Below, piece after piece: positions 40,224 to 53,968 of a stretch of 64,000 bases of DNA (its first letter is position 1; every line of letters starts with the position of its first letter). The notes below the pieces were generated by a model. It was not told the DNA's origin and did not search any database. It was given only the letters and a program-made list of their open reading frames with translations. The DNA is taken from contig OX597833.1 in the NCBI GenBank assembly GCA_951406725.2, forward strand, positions 60,946,001 through 61,010,000. The letters are read 5' to 3'. The translations under genes were made by a program, and so were the position numbers. Source of the DNA: Octopus vulgaris. Its lineage: Eukaryota.

Positions 40224-41487
40224 GATCTCACTTCGACTAGTTTAAACAGTATACATGATACACTGTAATTTGAAGAAATGTCTTGTTTCTATTTCTAGCA
40301 AGTCAAGCAAACACGAAGAGGTTTCCTCAGTGACTCTAACCAATAAATGAGCTTCAAGGTGGTGTGGGGGAGGTTTGACCTGCTAGAAATATCAACCCAT
40401 TTTCCTCAACTCAAACTCTACCATTTAAAAATAAAAATTTTAAAAAAACCGATTAAGTTGGCTCAAATAGTCTTGAATACACTGTGACTGAATACAAGAC
40501 AAGGTAATCATCACAGAACACTTATTATGGAACTAAGCCACAACAACAATAACAACACAGTAATCGTGATCTTAATGTCTGTTTTTACTTTCTAGTATGG
40601 GTTGTCCAAATTTACTGCATTCATCTTAATCTGGGCTCATGTCATCTGTTGAAGTCCAATATATACACACACACACTTTGGCTCATCTAATGATCCAACA
40701 TCCACAGATCTAACCGGACCATTTCTTTCAGTCTTTCTCTCCCACTGCAACATTCCATTATTACTAAACCATGATGCCCTATCTAACAGGTGTCATCACA
40801 TCCCTGTACAGCCAGCTCAGATGTTGTCTCGGTCTGATCTTTAATATTAATTTTTTGTACATGCTCTCTCTCCTACATTCCCCATTGTTCATCCAATTGA
40901 TCTGAGGGAGTTCATATCTCCCATAAGTCTTCTCTGTTCAGTACACCCCCACCCCGTCATATGTTTCCATATAAAGCATTTTCATACTCCAATATATAAT
41001 TATTTCACTGGAATAATAACAGACACTGAAAGAATGTAGGGGTGGAGTGCCAAAGGAATGTTGTTTCGGGAATAGAAGATTAGCCTGAGAGGACTTCTAT
41101 TATGTAGGATAAGCGAGATATGGGAGATGGCTGAGTATGGGTCAGAGGGTCAATAATCAATGTAGTGATAATGAAAAATGACCAGAATGGAAGCCAAATT
41201 GCAACAGTAGACAAGGGAGATGCAGTGAGGCGATTGTAATGTTGATTGTTTACACTTGGAATCAGACGATGTATTGTGTGTGAATTTGTCAGGAAGACCC
41301 TGTATCTACTCAGGTCCACTTGGTTTGGAAAAGGGGCCCAGAAAAAGTTAAACTTAGAATGAGTGACGACTGTGTAGTTTTTAATTGATTTACTTATGAA
41401 GTGTATGTCTAATTAGAGTGGCTTATTGTGTCGTTAAAGTGATTAAGGCAAAAGGTAAATAAATAAGGCTCCAGTATTTCAGCAAAA

Positions 41488-41666
41488 ATACGTCTGCCGC
41501 TACATTCTGAGTTCAAATTCCATCAAGGTCGACTTTGCCTTTCATCCTTTTGGGGTCGATTAAATAAGTACCAGTTATGCACTGGGGTCGATATAATCGA
41601 CTGATCCGTTTGTCTGTCCTTATTTATCCCTTCTGTGTTTAGCCCCTTGTGGGTAGTAAAGAAATA
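41488..41666 (+). mobile_element. 5'-truncated family B SINE with TSD
   Basis: TSD AGTATTT(C/T)AGCAAAA at 41473-41487 and 41667-41681. Confidence 0.88.
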
Positions 41667-42076
41667 AGTATTTTAGCAAAAGTCATATTCTATTTAAATT
41701 CCAGTGACTGAATCTAATTGTTGTAAGTTAATACTGTATTTTCTGACTTGGTGGTGAACCCTAGCAGATTATCGGAGAATTCCTTCAAAGGAGACCCACA
41801 TATTCCATAATACCATTCATGGTGCCTGACCGAGGCCAGCCAAATATGAAATTGACAGACATACAGATCAATCAAAACCTGCAGGCTTATGATTTTAATG
41901 TGATGCCACAACATTCATTCATTTGCCTTGGTGCTACCCTCCAACACTTTCTCACCAATAATTTAATTTCTGGCAGAGAAAGGATGGTCATATTCGTATC
42001 ATGGCATTTCTCTGACAGGAAAATGGAAACCACTTCACTCAGATTATAACCTCTCTCTGTTTCTGTCCGTCCCTCT

Positions 42077-42131
<55 letters not shown>

Positions 42132-42244
42132 CTGTGATTACTGTGTTTAACTGCTTACATGTCTGCCGTTGCTATTAGAAATGGTGAGATCCCCATTTAT
42201 CTTTAATAACAGCTAAAATTTCCACAATGTCTCTTATCTCTCAG

Positions 42245-42265
42245 ATAGTCGTCCCCTGGGATTCG
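42245..42265 (+). CDS. Candidate 21-nt symmetric (phase 1-1) microexon, (D)SRPLGF
   Basis: Pyrimidine tract TCTCTTATCTCTCAG| and weak donor TCG|GTTAGC. In frame with the phase-1 end of the 23246 exon. Lies in unique CpG-retaining sequence. Confidence 0.35.
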
Positions 42266-43434
42266 GTTAGCTTCAACTATGAACTTTAGCATATTTCAGT
42301 AGTAACAGCGGTGGCTGTTGCAGTAGTGGTGGTTGTTGGCACTGAGCAGAGCGCTGCGCTAAAGTTTACCGTTGGGATTCACTGAATAATGTCATGTATT
42401 TGCCGCCTCTTTAATTTTTCATGCCATCCAATGGAGAGATCCTCGTCATAATATGGAAATTTTATACCACAACAACATGGGATTATTTTTTTTTCTCATC
42501 TTTCCTTTCACATGTGTCTCAACATTTTTATTCCATGTTACTTTGTCATCAACAGCATTTTTACCATAGTTCCCGTCTCTCCCACTCCATCTTCTCCACG
42601 TATTATCTATTGATGTAGGTTCAATAACCATTTGATTATCCCTTAATTTGATTTGTTATTTGCCCAGATCAGTTCATTCTTCCAATTTAATCTAAGACTC
42701 TTAACAACTTATCATTTAAAAAATTATATGTAATCTGGGGGAAGTTTTTTTCCTCCTCACCCCCCCCTCCTTTCTCCGTATCCAGTTCAAAGTCAGTGGA
42801 GTGTTAGAAATGGCAGTGCTGTGACTACTAAATGTCTTGAAGTATGTGGTTTTATCTCTCTGACATTCCCGATGGAATTTCCATTCAGAATATAATTTTG
42901 TCTTTCATCTCTTTGTGGCCATAAAATAATTATCCATCATGTGTGTTAGTGGCAGGGGAATAGATTTAGTGAATTACACTCCTCTTCTGTCTCAGATGCA
43001 TAGTTTTGGGCCAATATAAGAAATCCTTTTATAACTAAAATAGCCATCCCGTCTGTGTGTATATGTCTTCTTTCTGGTCACTGGTTCAGCTCTAGACCTT
43101 TCTTATTTGTCTCTGAGTAAATCCTAGCACCAACTAATTTATTTCATTTCTATTTCAAACTTGAAGAAATGTCATTTTTACCAAGATAAAGCAACAGGAC
43201 CATTACATTTTTACCTCTCATTACCCTTAAAATGAAAAAAACAAAATCTCCCTCCTTATAACAAACTTTTCCAACATTTCTTGTCTCTATTTGTTTATCC
43301 ATACAATCATAAACTTTCCTTGGGTTACTGAGTTTAGTTTGTGTATAACTCAATGTATTCCTAGACTACCTTATGTGTGTATGTTTATATATATATATCC
43401 AACCCGTGCTAATATGGAAAACAGACGTTAAATG

Positions 43435-43489
<55 letters not shown>

Positions 43490-43900
43490 GTACATATACA
43501 CACACCCAGCTATACAGGTGTGTGTAATTCAATTTTTGCACAATAATAAAACATTTAATTAAAAGGTGTGGTTTTGTTGTTACCACCAGACTAATATTTT
43601 TTAGATCGTTGTCACCTGTAAAGGTGTATTGGGTTAAAATTACATCTTGGTTGTTAAATCGTTGACACACACAGTATGCTATGACTGTACAAGGTATTAC
43701 TGGTATGCTCTGTTCCTTTGTATTATTTACTGCTGCCCACCTCTACTAAATGACAGCAATGAAAATAATATATTTTCTGTATAGAGGAAGATGTCATGCT
43801 TCACTCCCCATGTGATATTTCTTTCCCTCTCTCCAACCCTTCTCCCCACTGTAATAATTTTCTAACAATAAAGCCAGTTGTCATATTACATATATTTACG

Positions 43901-43932
<32 letters not shown>

Positions 43933-46631
43933 CACACACACACATACACATGTGTATGTATGTGTGTGTGTATATATATGAGTATGTATGTGCCTTTATA
44001 TATGCAGGAATGCATGCACATATGTGTGTGTGTGTGTGTTTGTATATATTATCACAAACATGAAATGCCCAGTCATGTTGTTGCGCACCAAACATACATG
44101 ACATACACACCAACAAGTATATGTGCCTTTTGTCTGTGTGTGTGTGTGTGTATCGTTATAATTTTTATGGCCATTCTTTCACCACTGGCATGGGTTGGAC
44201 AACATTTGTTAAAGGTATATTTAGGTATATTTGAGCCTCTGCTAAACTGAAACGTCCAATCTGGATTGTCAACTTGAAGAAAGGATCATTATCATGTTTA
44301 GTTTTGTGTAGCTTTCAGCTACCAAGAAATAATTTAAATTGTTGAGACCAGGCATCAGGATGTTGGTCCAAGGTTTTTCTCCGCAATGCAAGCCACTGTG
44401 GAAGCTCTCTTGCTAGAAAATTCCTTCAGAACTACTCAGATGTCAACACAGTTTTCACTATAGAGGTTGTGAAGAAGTTCTTCAGTTTTCTACTTAATAT
44501 TCACTTTTAGTACGTCTTTGTATGCTTCATAGTGCAACTTTAGATGAATTAAGGTTCCTTTTCCAGTGAACCTAGATTGGTTTTACTGGCTTGCTTTCTT
44601 CAAATCCCTTCAGGCCTTGTTACTGTCCCATTGGAAGCAAAGATTGACGTCTTCATTCTATTCTTTGAGAGTAATTCCAGTGTTACATCTATGTTGGCAG
44701 TGATTACAATATCATTTACTGCACTACAATATTTGTCCTGAAACCTGTTGCAGAGATATGACCTTGTTGTATACTTCAACTGTAAACTCCTTGCATAGGT
44801 TAACATCTTCTGTAATTTTCCCCCAGGTGCTTTGTTTCATAGAATCTCTAGCTGGTACTTTGACCTTGTGGGTAACTTACCTGGCATTTGCATGAAATGA
44901 TTCTGTGGTCAGACTTAACACCTGAAGAGTTGTATGTGAGTGAAGTTATTTAATCCACTTTCTTTCTTTCTAACTTGGATTTAATCCAGTTCAGTAAAAC
45001 TGCTACAGGGACAATATGCCTGGAGGCTGCCTTCTGAAACCATGTATTAGTAGCAAGGTGGCTGTAATTACCTGACCCCCGAAGTGGAAGTGGACAGACT
45101 GGGGTAAGAAGAGTTCTGTCCCTTATTTTAGTGCATGTCTGGTTATGGGTAAATGTCACCTTACTTGGGAACAGGGGGTTGGGGGGGTTGGCGACAAGAA
45201 AGGCTTCTGGTTGTAGAAAATTATTTGTCTTAATGAATTCCATCTGACCCATGCAAGCGTGGAAAAGTAGAAGTTAAAGCAACGATGATGGTGATGATGA
45301 TATTTCTGTGTGTGTGTGTGTGTGTGTGTGATCTTTCTTGTCAATGTCTAGAATGTGCTGCTGTCTCAAGTAATTGATACTCAAGACAGAAAGCATAATA
45401 AACAACTATTGCTGGACACTGGTAATTTGTTTGTCAGAGTCATTTCTTCCTTTTGTGCTTAGCTTTGGACACTGTCCATTACAGAAGCGAGAGAGAAACG
45501 GAGAGTGAGAGTGAGAGTATTGATTGACACTAGGTGAAAGGTCAGCACTTTGACCTTCCTTGCTGGCCTTTGTAGCAACATAATAACCATATTACTGTTA
45601 GTATGTTGGCTCTAACACTTTATTGATCTTCACTGTTGGCTCCAGTAGTTTTGCTGTGACAACAACACTCACTCTACAGCAATCTCCTTACACACTAGTC
45701 TGCTGGCTTTCAGATTATTTCTCTCTCACAGAACATCCAATTACACACACATAAATAGACAACCACACACATACACAGCTATAGACATATATACACAATG
45801 GTTGGTGGAGAGATAGAGCAGGAAAAATGAAAATGCTTTCTCTCTCTCTCTTTCGTTCTCTCCTTCTCTTTTTTATGTCCTCTCTATTTCTATAATTATT
45901 GCTGTTTCCATAATTATTGAAACCCCTCCCCCATTTGTTTAGGGCTAACTAAAATCTATAGTATTTCTAATTATTTTATTCTCTACCCCTCTCCGTCTCC
46001 CTATCTCTCTCTCTCTCCCTAACTCTCCATCTCTCTCTCTCATCTACCCAATCTCTCTCCTTAAGCAGAATCATAATTAGAAGCATCAGTTTTATATTTT
46101 AAAGTGATGCAGAAATGTCAGCATATTGCTAGTAATGCAGTTCTCATTTGAATAAAATTAGTGTTGGCGGTTGTTGATATTGGGATCAAATTTTACCAGG
46201 GTTAACCTTTAATCCTTCCTCCAGGAGGAGAGCGGACGGGGTTGGTTGATAAAATGTTAGTTATGACTGAACTGATGTAGGTTGTCAACTCTCTCTCTCT
46301 CTCTCCCGACAAATATGTGAGGTTAAAGCTGAGCATTGGGGAAATACCTTGTCAGTACCTGGCCCTCAATTTGTAACTTCATGTCACCCTTGAAAAATCA
46401 TCATTACAATAAGTTGGTAAAGGTCCAAACATTATACTGTGTAGTGTTTAGTTGTTACTTGATGTTTTGGGTTCAAATCCTGTTGCTTAACGTTTTATGT
46501 TCAGATCGAGGGATTTGCCCTTATCTCTCTTCAGGGACCAATCAGCTTAATATACCAATCAAATACTTAGGGATTGACTTAATAGTCTTCACCATGCCTT
46601 TAAAATTTGTCCCTTCTTTTTTTTTTTTTTT

Positions 46632-46981
46632 TTCACTTGTTTCAGTCATTAGACTGTGGCTATGCTGGGACACCTTGAAGAATTTTAGTTGAATGCATTG
46701 ACCCCAGTACTAACTTGTCTTTTATAAAGCCTGGTACTTATTCTATAAATCTCTTTTGCTGAACTGCCAAGTTATGGGGGCATAAGCACACTAACACTGG
46801 TTGTCAAGTAGTGGCAGGGCACAAACACACATGCAACAGGCTTCTTTCAGTTTTCTTCTACCAAATCTACTCACAAGGCTTTGGTCAGCTCGAGACTACA
46901 GCTGAAGATACTTGCCCAAGGTGGGATTGAACCCAGAACTATGTGATTGGGAAGCAAACTTCTCACCACACAGCCACACCT
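46632..46981 (-). mobile_element. Degenerate family A SINE
   Basis: Collinear, CpG-decayed match to family A. Confidence 0.78.
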
Positions 46982-47419
46982 GTTACTTAATGACCTTGTC
47001 CCTGCATTAGAAATTATTATCAATTGAGGGCTGTTAATAAACTGAAACAGTATCCAAACTGATCTCCAACCATGGCTCTACCTTATACTCCTTATCTACA
47101 GAGGTTGATTAACTTTAAATATCCTTAATGTATCCCTATATGAACATTGGTTTCATGTAGATGCAAGTGTGGTAGTGACAGCAGCACAGTGTGGAGTGAT
47201 GAGCCACTACAGTTCAATTATAATTTGCCCCACTGTGATTTAAACAATATTTTCTGTGAGAAGACTAACAAGAAAAGTTTGAGTGATTTGTAAAATTGGT
47301 TTTTGATTGAATATGACAGGAAAAGAAAAAATCTGTCTGCGGACATTTTATCTTCTTCGGTGACTTCTTTGGTTTCACTGAAATTTGAATTTTCATCAAC
47401 AAGGAGATTATTATAATGC

Positions 47420-47684
47420 CTCGTCTGGCCTCTGTGCCGGTGGCACGTAAAAAGCACCATCCGATCGGGGCCGTTTGCCAGCCTTGTCTGGCACCTGTGC
47501 CTGTGGCATGTAAAAAGCACCCACTACATTCACGGAGTGGTTGGCGTTAGGAAGGGCATCAAGCTGTAGAAACACTGCCAGATCAGACTGGGCCTGGTGC
47601 AGCCTTCTTGCTTCCCAGACCCCAGTTGAACCGTCCAACCCATGCCAGCATGGAAAACGGACGTTAAACGATGATGATGATGAT
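47420..47684 (+). mobile_element. Family C repeat with duplicated GTGCCGGTGGCACGTAAAAAGCACC module
   Basis: Module occurs twice, then the standard body and (GAT)n tail. Confidence 0.88.
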
Positions 47685-48234
47685 TCCTTATAGTGTATAT
47701 GTACTATGTAGTTAGTATTGTATCTGTGTACTGTATAAAGTATTGGAGTAGTGTATATGTTTTGGTGTGTATAGTCTATGACCATTCTTCACAGTCATTT
47801 GTATTCTCACCTGCAAACTCAAGCATCCCAAGATCTAATCTCACCACTCCTAACACTTTCCAGTGTCATTACAAGTTTGACACAACTTCATCACCCAGTA
47901 CCAATCCAGTGCATGCTGACTGCCCTGGGTCCAGGCTACTCTTACTTGGTAGATTGTGTCCCACATTTCATACAAGTTAACATTATAAATCATACAAAGA
48001 ACAAGGTTCTCCCTGACTCCTTCCTCTCCACCTTCAGCACATGCCTCTCACAACTTACCCTGCCATAGTGTTTCACATTTAATCCTTTAGCATTTGTGTT
48101 CCTCTGTCTGTGTAATACCTATTTATTTGCATTGTTTTGAATCAATCTCATTGTTTTGAGATTTGGGTGGTGAAGCTGCATATTTTTAGAATGATATTGT
48201 AGGGTAGGTATGAGCAACCGAATCTGTGTTAAGT

Positions 48235-48500
48235 TAATTTTTTGGCTCAAAAAGCAAGGCCATGTAGGGGACATGGAGTTATGTACAGGGTGGTGTTCAG
48301 GCCATTTGTGGTCAAGGGAGACTTTGAACCGAGCGGTCGTCGGCGTCTTCACTATCTCGTCCGGCAGCTTATTCCACAGATCCGCAACCCGGACAGAGAA
48401 AGCCCCTCTCCTTCGATTGAGATGAAATCATCGCAGATAGAGCTTTTCAGAGTGACCCCGCAGCCGACGCTCTGGAGCAGGAGTGAAGAACAGCTCTTTA
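48235..48500 (-). mobile_element. 5'-truncated CR1/L2-clade LINE 3' end with 11-bp TSD
   Basis: Minus strand encodes ELFFTPAPERRLRGHSEKLYLR*FHLNRRRGAFSVRVADLWNKLPDEIVKTPTTARFKVSLD, with the RGH..KL / FS.RV...WN.LP CR1 ORF2 C-terminal signature and one in-frame stop. TSD CTGTGTTAAGT at 48224-34 and 48501-11. Preceded by a partial piggyBac MITE from about 48080. Confidence 0.85.
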
Positions 48501-49317
48501 CTGTGTTAAGTCTTAAATTTCAGTATCGTACACATCATCATAACATTTTCCCCCACAGACTTCGTACAGTTCCATTTCCATACAAGATGGGGGGACTCTT
48601 TGTTGCCAACTGAAGAAACAATTCCCTCCAAATTTTTCCTTCCTTTCTTACCAGTAGTGAAATATATACTGCCACCTCATCTACTCCCAGCTCTACTTAA
48701 TTAGCTTGTTATTTTAATAAATGAACATATTGTTTCTCACAAGCTATCTGAACAGTCACTCCATTCCCTCCATCACCACCACCACCAACAACCCCTGTAC
48801 ATCTCTTACCTTTCAAGTTCTCATACGTTGTCAGTTAGCCAAAGACCTCACTCCAGCTTTTCTGTGTCCATTGTTTTCCTAAAGAACATAAAATTCACTC
48901 CCTGGCTTTTGTTTCCCCTTATTGAACCACTATAGCTTTTTCTGATGGCTTAGGGGTTTGTGTGTGTGTGTGTATATGTGTATGTACTCCCTGATTCTGT
49001 ATCAATGTAGATTTAGCTATGACTTTCATCTTTCTGTGGCTGATAAAAACTACATTGACAAACATATCAGTGATTCAGAAATCATCAAGTTTAGTGTGTG
49101 TGTGTGTGCGTGCGTGTGTAAACATTCTCTCTCTCTCTCTCTCTTTGTGTGCTCTCACACACACACACACACACGTATTCCATCGGGTAACAAGTTCAAA
49201 AGAAGCTATGTCCAACCATTTTAGAATAAAGAACTTAATTGTGAGAGTGCGTAAAATAAAATATTTGATCCATAATTGTTAGATCAACATTTTGTCAGGC
49301 TAGTGATTATGGATTGT

Positions 49318-49369
<52 letters not shown>

Positions 49370-50079
49370 GAATATGCACACACACCACATGTAAAGTATT
49401 ATACACAAGCATGCACACACATATTAAAAGTGTCTTTATGTTTGCTGTGTGTGTAAGTCTATTGAAGGAAGTTAAATGACTGCCTGTTTAAATATACCAT
49501 TTCAATAGATTGATTAAATGTTAGAGTTGTGACAGGTTGCATGGAGTGAGCTTTGATGCTGCTTGTCTCAGGTTTCAGGAATGAAATTTTACCAAGGTCA
49601 ACAATTGTCATTTTACCTTGGTGGGGAGAGCAGGAGGTGAAGTTTGCTGGCTGTTTATAAACTGATTTCAGTTGTAATGGTTTAATATAGATTCGACTAT
49701 TTCTCATTTCTTCAGTTAGTAATAATAATAGGAATATAGTTGAAGGTGCCTCTGCATGGTTGATCCACTTGCTAGAAGTAGCAGCCAGGTAACCCTCAAA
49801 TCGTGTACCACTGTCTCAAAAGCAGTATACATTGGATAATGTGTACCCTGCACGTTTGCAAAAAAGATAAGATGGTCATTGCTGGAGTGTCTTTGAATTT
49901 AGGTTTGCTTGATCATGACTGAACTGGGGTTAGATAAAACAAAAAAAAAAGTTTTCTTACATTGGTCCAAGGCCTGAAATGTGAAGAGTGGGTACAACCC
50001 TCCATATATGACTGGTATTTTATTGACCTTGGCAGGATAAAAGGAAAGGATTACTTATAATAGTGTACGTGTCTCTACA

Positions 50080-50400
50080 TGAAGGTTTGTCCCCAAACAA
50101 GGAGGTTTGTTTCCACATGTCTGTCCCTCAAACAAGGAGGTTTGTTTCCACATGTCTGTCCCCAAACAAGGAGGTTTTGTTTCCACATGTCTGTCCCCTA
50201 AACAAGGAGGTTTGTTTCCACATGTCTGTCCCTCAAACAAGGAGGTTTGTTTCCACATGTCTGTCCCCAAACAAGGAGGTTTGTCTCTACATGAGTCTGT
50301 CCTCAAACAAAGGGATTTGTCTCTACAGGAGTTTGTCCCGAAACAAAGGGGATTTGTCTACACTTGAGTCTGTTACCACAAAAGACTGTCTCTAAACAAG
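50080..50400. repeat. Minisatellite, 34-35-bp unit AAACAAGGAGGTTTGTTTCCACATGTCTGTCCC(T)C
   Basis: About five near-perfect units, then decaying units. Confidence 0.92.
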
Positions 50401-50758
50401 GTCTTTTGTCCCCAAAGGAGGGTGTCTATCTCCATGCAAGTGATCGTGTCTCCATATAAATTTATGCCCCAAACGAGTGTGTGTGTGGGTCTCCGTCCAA
50501 TCAAGGTAATTTGTCTCCAAACAAGTGGGTTCCTGCTCAATAAGGGCCTGTCCACCTATCTCTATGCAAAATAGATTGAAGCAGACATATAGTATGGAAA
50601 GGGTTATTTCTATTGTATAGATGTAGTATTAAGATGCAGTACAGGAGGTAGTAGCAGTGTGGTTTATTAAAATAAATGTGAGGAGACATTATTACATTGA
50701 TTCTCTCTCTTGTATTTATTGTTGGCCTACTTTAATACACCTTAAATGTGTGTGTGTG

Positions 50759-50809
<51 letters not shown>

Positions 50810-50893
50810 TATCATAGTAAAGGTGTGTGTGTGTAAGTATATGTCTGTTTATATATGTATGACTGCATGTCTGTCTGTCTCTCATACACTGTC

Positions 50894-50968
<75 letters not shown>

Positions 50969-51233
50969 GTGGTGTGTGTGTGTGTGTTTATACATATATA
51001 CACATGTGTCTGTATGCCTTCCTCTATCTTTCTCTCCATATGTGTATGTGTTTGTGTATATACACACACACACACACACACATGCCTGTCACACACATAT
51101 TCGTGTATATGCACATAGGCCTGTATGTATGAATGTTTCTCTCTCTAGTGCAATCAGTCAGTTTACTGAAGCAAAATATAGTCAGGAGATGATGTGATGG
51201 TTGTTGTCTGGAAGCTTTGTTTCCAAAATACAA

Positions 51234-51265
<32 letters not shown>

Positions 51266-51926
51266 CATACTGATAGATACATGCATGTACACACACACAC
51301 ATACTCATTCACTCTCTCTCTCTCTCTGCCAGGGACAAACATACATAGATCAACCTACATACATAAACTCTGCTTTACACAGTTTATGAAATCAATAGAC
51401 AAGATGTGACGTTGATTTAGAATCCTTTTTAAAATGAAAATTTCATAGATACATATGTGTGTATATACATATCTACACACTTGTACATGCATATATGTAT
51501 ATGCATGCATACACAAGCATGTATGTGAATGCAGATATTGATATGAACCGTATATGCTTCTATGTATGCATAATCAAATACAGAGCTATTTGCACATATG
51601 TATACTGTATTTTGTTTGTGTGTGTATATATATATACATACTTAGACACACACATGTATTGATATAGATGTATTCCTTTGAAGGTGTAGACACACATACA
51701 ATATGTGCATGCACATACACACACTTGAACATAAACACTCACATACCAAATTGCACATACATAATCACACACAATTGTGTGTGTATAGACAAGCATGGTC
51801 ATACAAACTTGTGTACAAGGAAAATGGGCAACATAAACCTGTATATATATATATATATATATATACAGCGGTAGGTGACACCCATATAAATGAGTGCATA
51901 TACGTATATATACACTATACACACAC

Positions 51927-51969
<43 letters not shown>

Positions 51970-52336
51970 CTAAGTAATTAAGGGTTTAGCAACGATTTGC
52001 CTCACCACACACCGAATTTAGAAATAGCAGTCAAAGCGTTATAGCTATTCCTTTCTACTAAAAGGGAGATCTCAGTAAAACCACAGCACTTGAAAGGCAA
52101 ATACATACACATGTGCATTTTACAATACACACATATGTACATGTGTGTGTGTGTGTATTTATAGAATAAACCTGTAACATACAAGCACAAACCTGTACAC
52201 AGATGCATATACACAAGCCTGTATGTCTATAAAACTGTATATAGAAATATGACTCTGGAAGCGAATGTTAAACACATCATTCCAGCTGTTGTCAGTCACA
52301 ATATTGATCAACTCTCAATCACCTCTCTCTCCCTGT

Positions 52337-52476
<140 letters not shown>

Positions 52477-53260
52477 CATACACACACACACATATTTGTG
52501 TTTATATATATGAGAGGGAGACATGCACATATGTCTCTAGTGTGTGTGTATCTCTCTTTATACACACGTAAAGGCATATTATGTAAATAGTATTAATTTT
52601 AGCCAAATGTTTTAACAATTTCTTCTTGGTCATTGCCCCACCCCAACAAAAAAAAAAAACCTGTGTCCACTTGACTGGTTTCAGGCCTATTTAGAGCAAC
52701 ACTTCAAAAGTTGTGTAATTACACGTCTCTCTTCCCAGAGTGATTGTGTGTCTGTGGATGTTTGTGTATATGTTCGTACATTCATGCATAATATATGTAC
52801 AGCCATACATTCAGTACTACTAACAGTGACTTCACTAACCGGAAAATCTGATTTGCATAAGTAGTATTGTGATAGTAGTTAATTTGCTTAATTAGTGATG
52901 TGCTAATTGTTTTTGCATAATCTAAATGTTCATTGGTACACATACTCTGAGGTTTTTAGCTGTCACTGTTGAGTGTGATTCAACATAATACGGAGTGAGT
53001 TAGTGTCCGCTATATACACTGTCTATACTGTAGTGTGTAATTTAACTAATATTTTCACACATGTTTCATCTATATAAGTCTGTTGCCATAAAGAAGGGGG
53101 AGATGGTTTGACTGGTTTCGGTCCTGTTTTGGGTAACTCCAATTGTTGTCATAACTGTGATTAATTAATATCCCTATCTGATAATGGTGGGATGTACCAT
53201 GTTTAAGATGCAATTATTGAAGCATTGTGGTGTGGTTTACTGCTATTGATTGTTGGCATA

Positions 53261-53479
53261 CGAGGTGGGTGCTGAGAAGTTCCTGCCTTTTAGGGCATTG
53301 TGAAAGGCCTGGTTGGAGGCTCAACCTTCTGAGTTCTTTTACAGGGCTCAGAGAATCTGAAGGACTGTTACAATAGGTGTGTGGAACTGAGAGGGGAATA
53401 TGTTCAATAAAATCATGATTAACTGATCCACCTGTATTTTCTTTTACCCCAAACCAGGAACTCTTCAGCACACCCCTCA
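53261..53479. mobile_element. Tc1/mariner-type MITE (TA TSD)
   Basis: TA|CGAGGTGGGTGCTGAGAAGTTCCTG ... CAGGAACTCTTCAGCACACCCCTCA|TA imperfect TIRs. Confidence 0.8.
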
Positions 53480-53612
53480 TACAAAAGCCAGTCTGACTAT
53501 TTACCAATTCTTATATCCTATCTATCTATCTGTCTGTCTATGAGTACATGTGTGTATCTATCTATGTTTACATGTAGCTATTTACCTATCGATATCTTCA
53601 TAAATTTATATA

Positions 53613-53968
53613 TGGCTGTGTGGTAAGTAGCTTGCTTACCAACCACATGGTTCTGGGTTCAGTCCCACTGTGTGGCACCTTGGGCAAGTGTCTTCTACCA
53701 TAGCCTCGGGCCGACCAAAGCCTTGTGAGTATATTTGGTAGATGGAAATTGAAAGAACCCATCATATATATATATATGTGTGTGTTTGTCCCCCCACCAT
53801 CGCTTGACAACTGATGTTGGTGTATTTACATCCCCGTAACTTAGCAGTTTGGCAAAAAGGACTGATAGAATAAATATTAGGCTTACAAGTCCTGGGGTCA
53901 ATGTTTTCGGACTAAAGGCGATGCTCCAGCATGGCCATGGTCAAATAACTAAAACAACTAGAAGAATA
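53613..53968 (+). mobile_element. Family A SINE
   Basis: Head, core and tail all match family A. Confidence 0.88.

Noticed and set aside
50080-50400. 34-35-bp partly palindromic repeats resembling a CRISPR array
   Set aside because: Units are contiguous with no unique spacers, the context is eukaryotic and there are no cas genes. It is a minisatellite.
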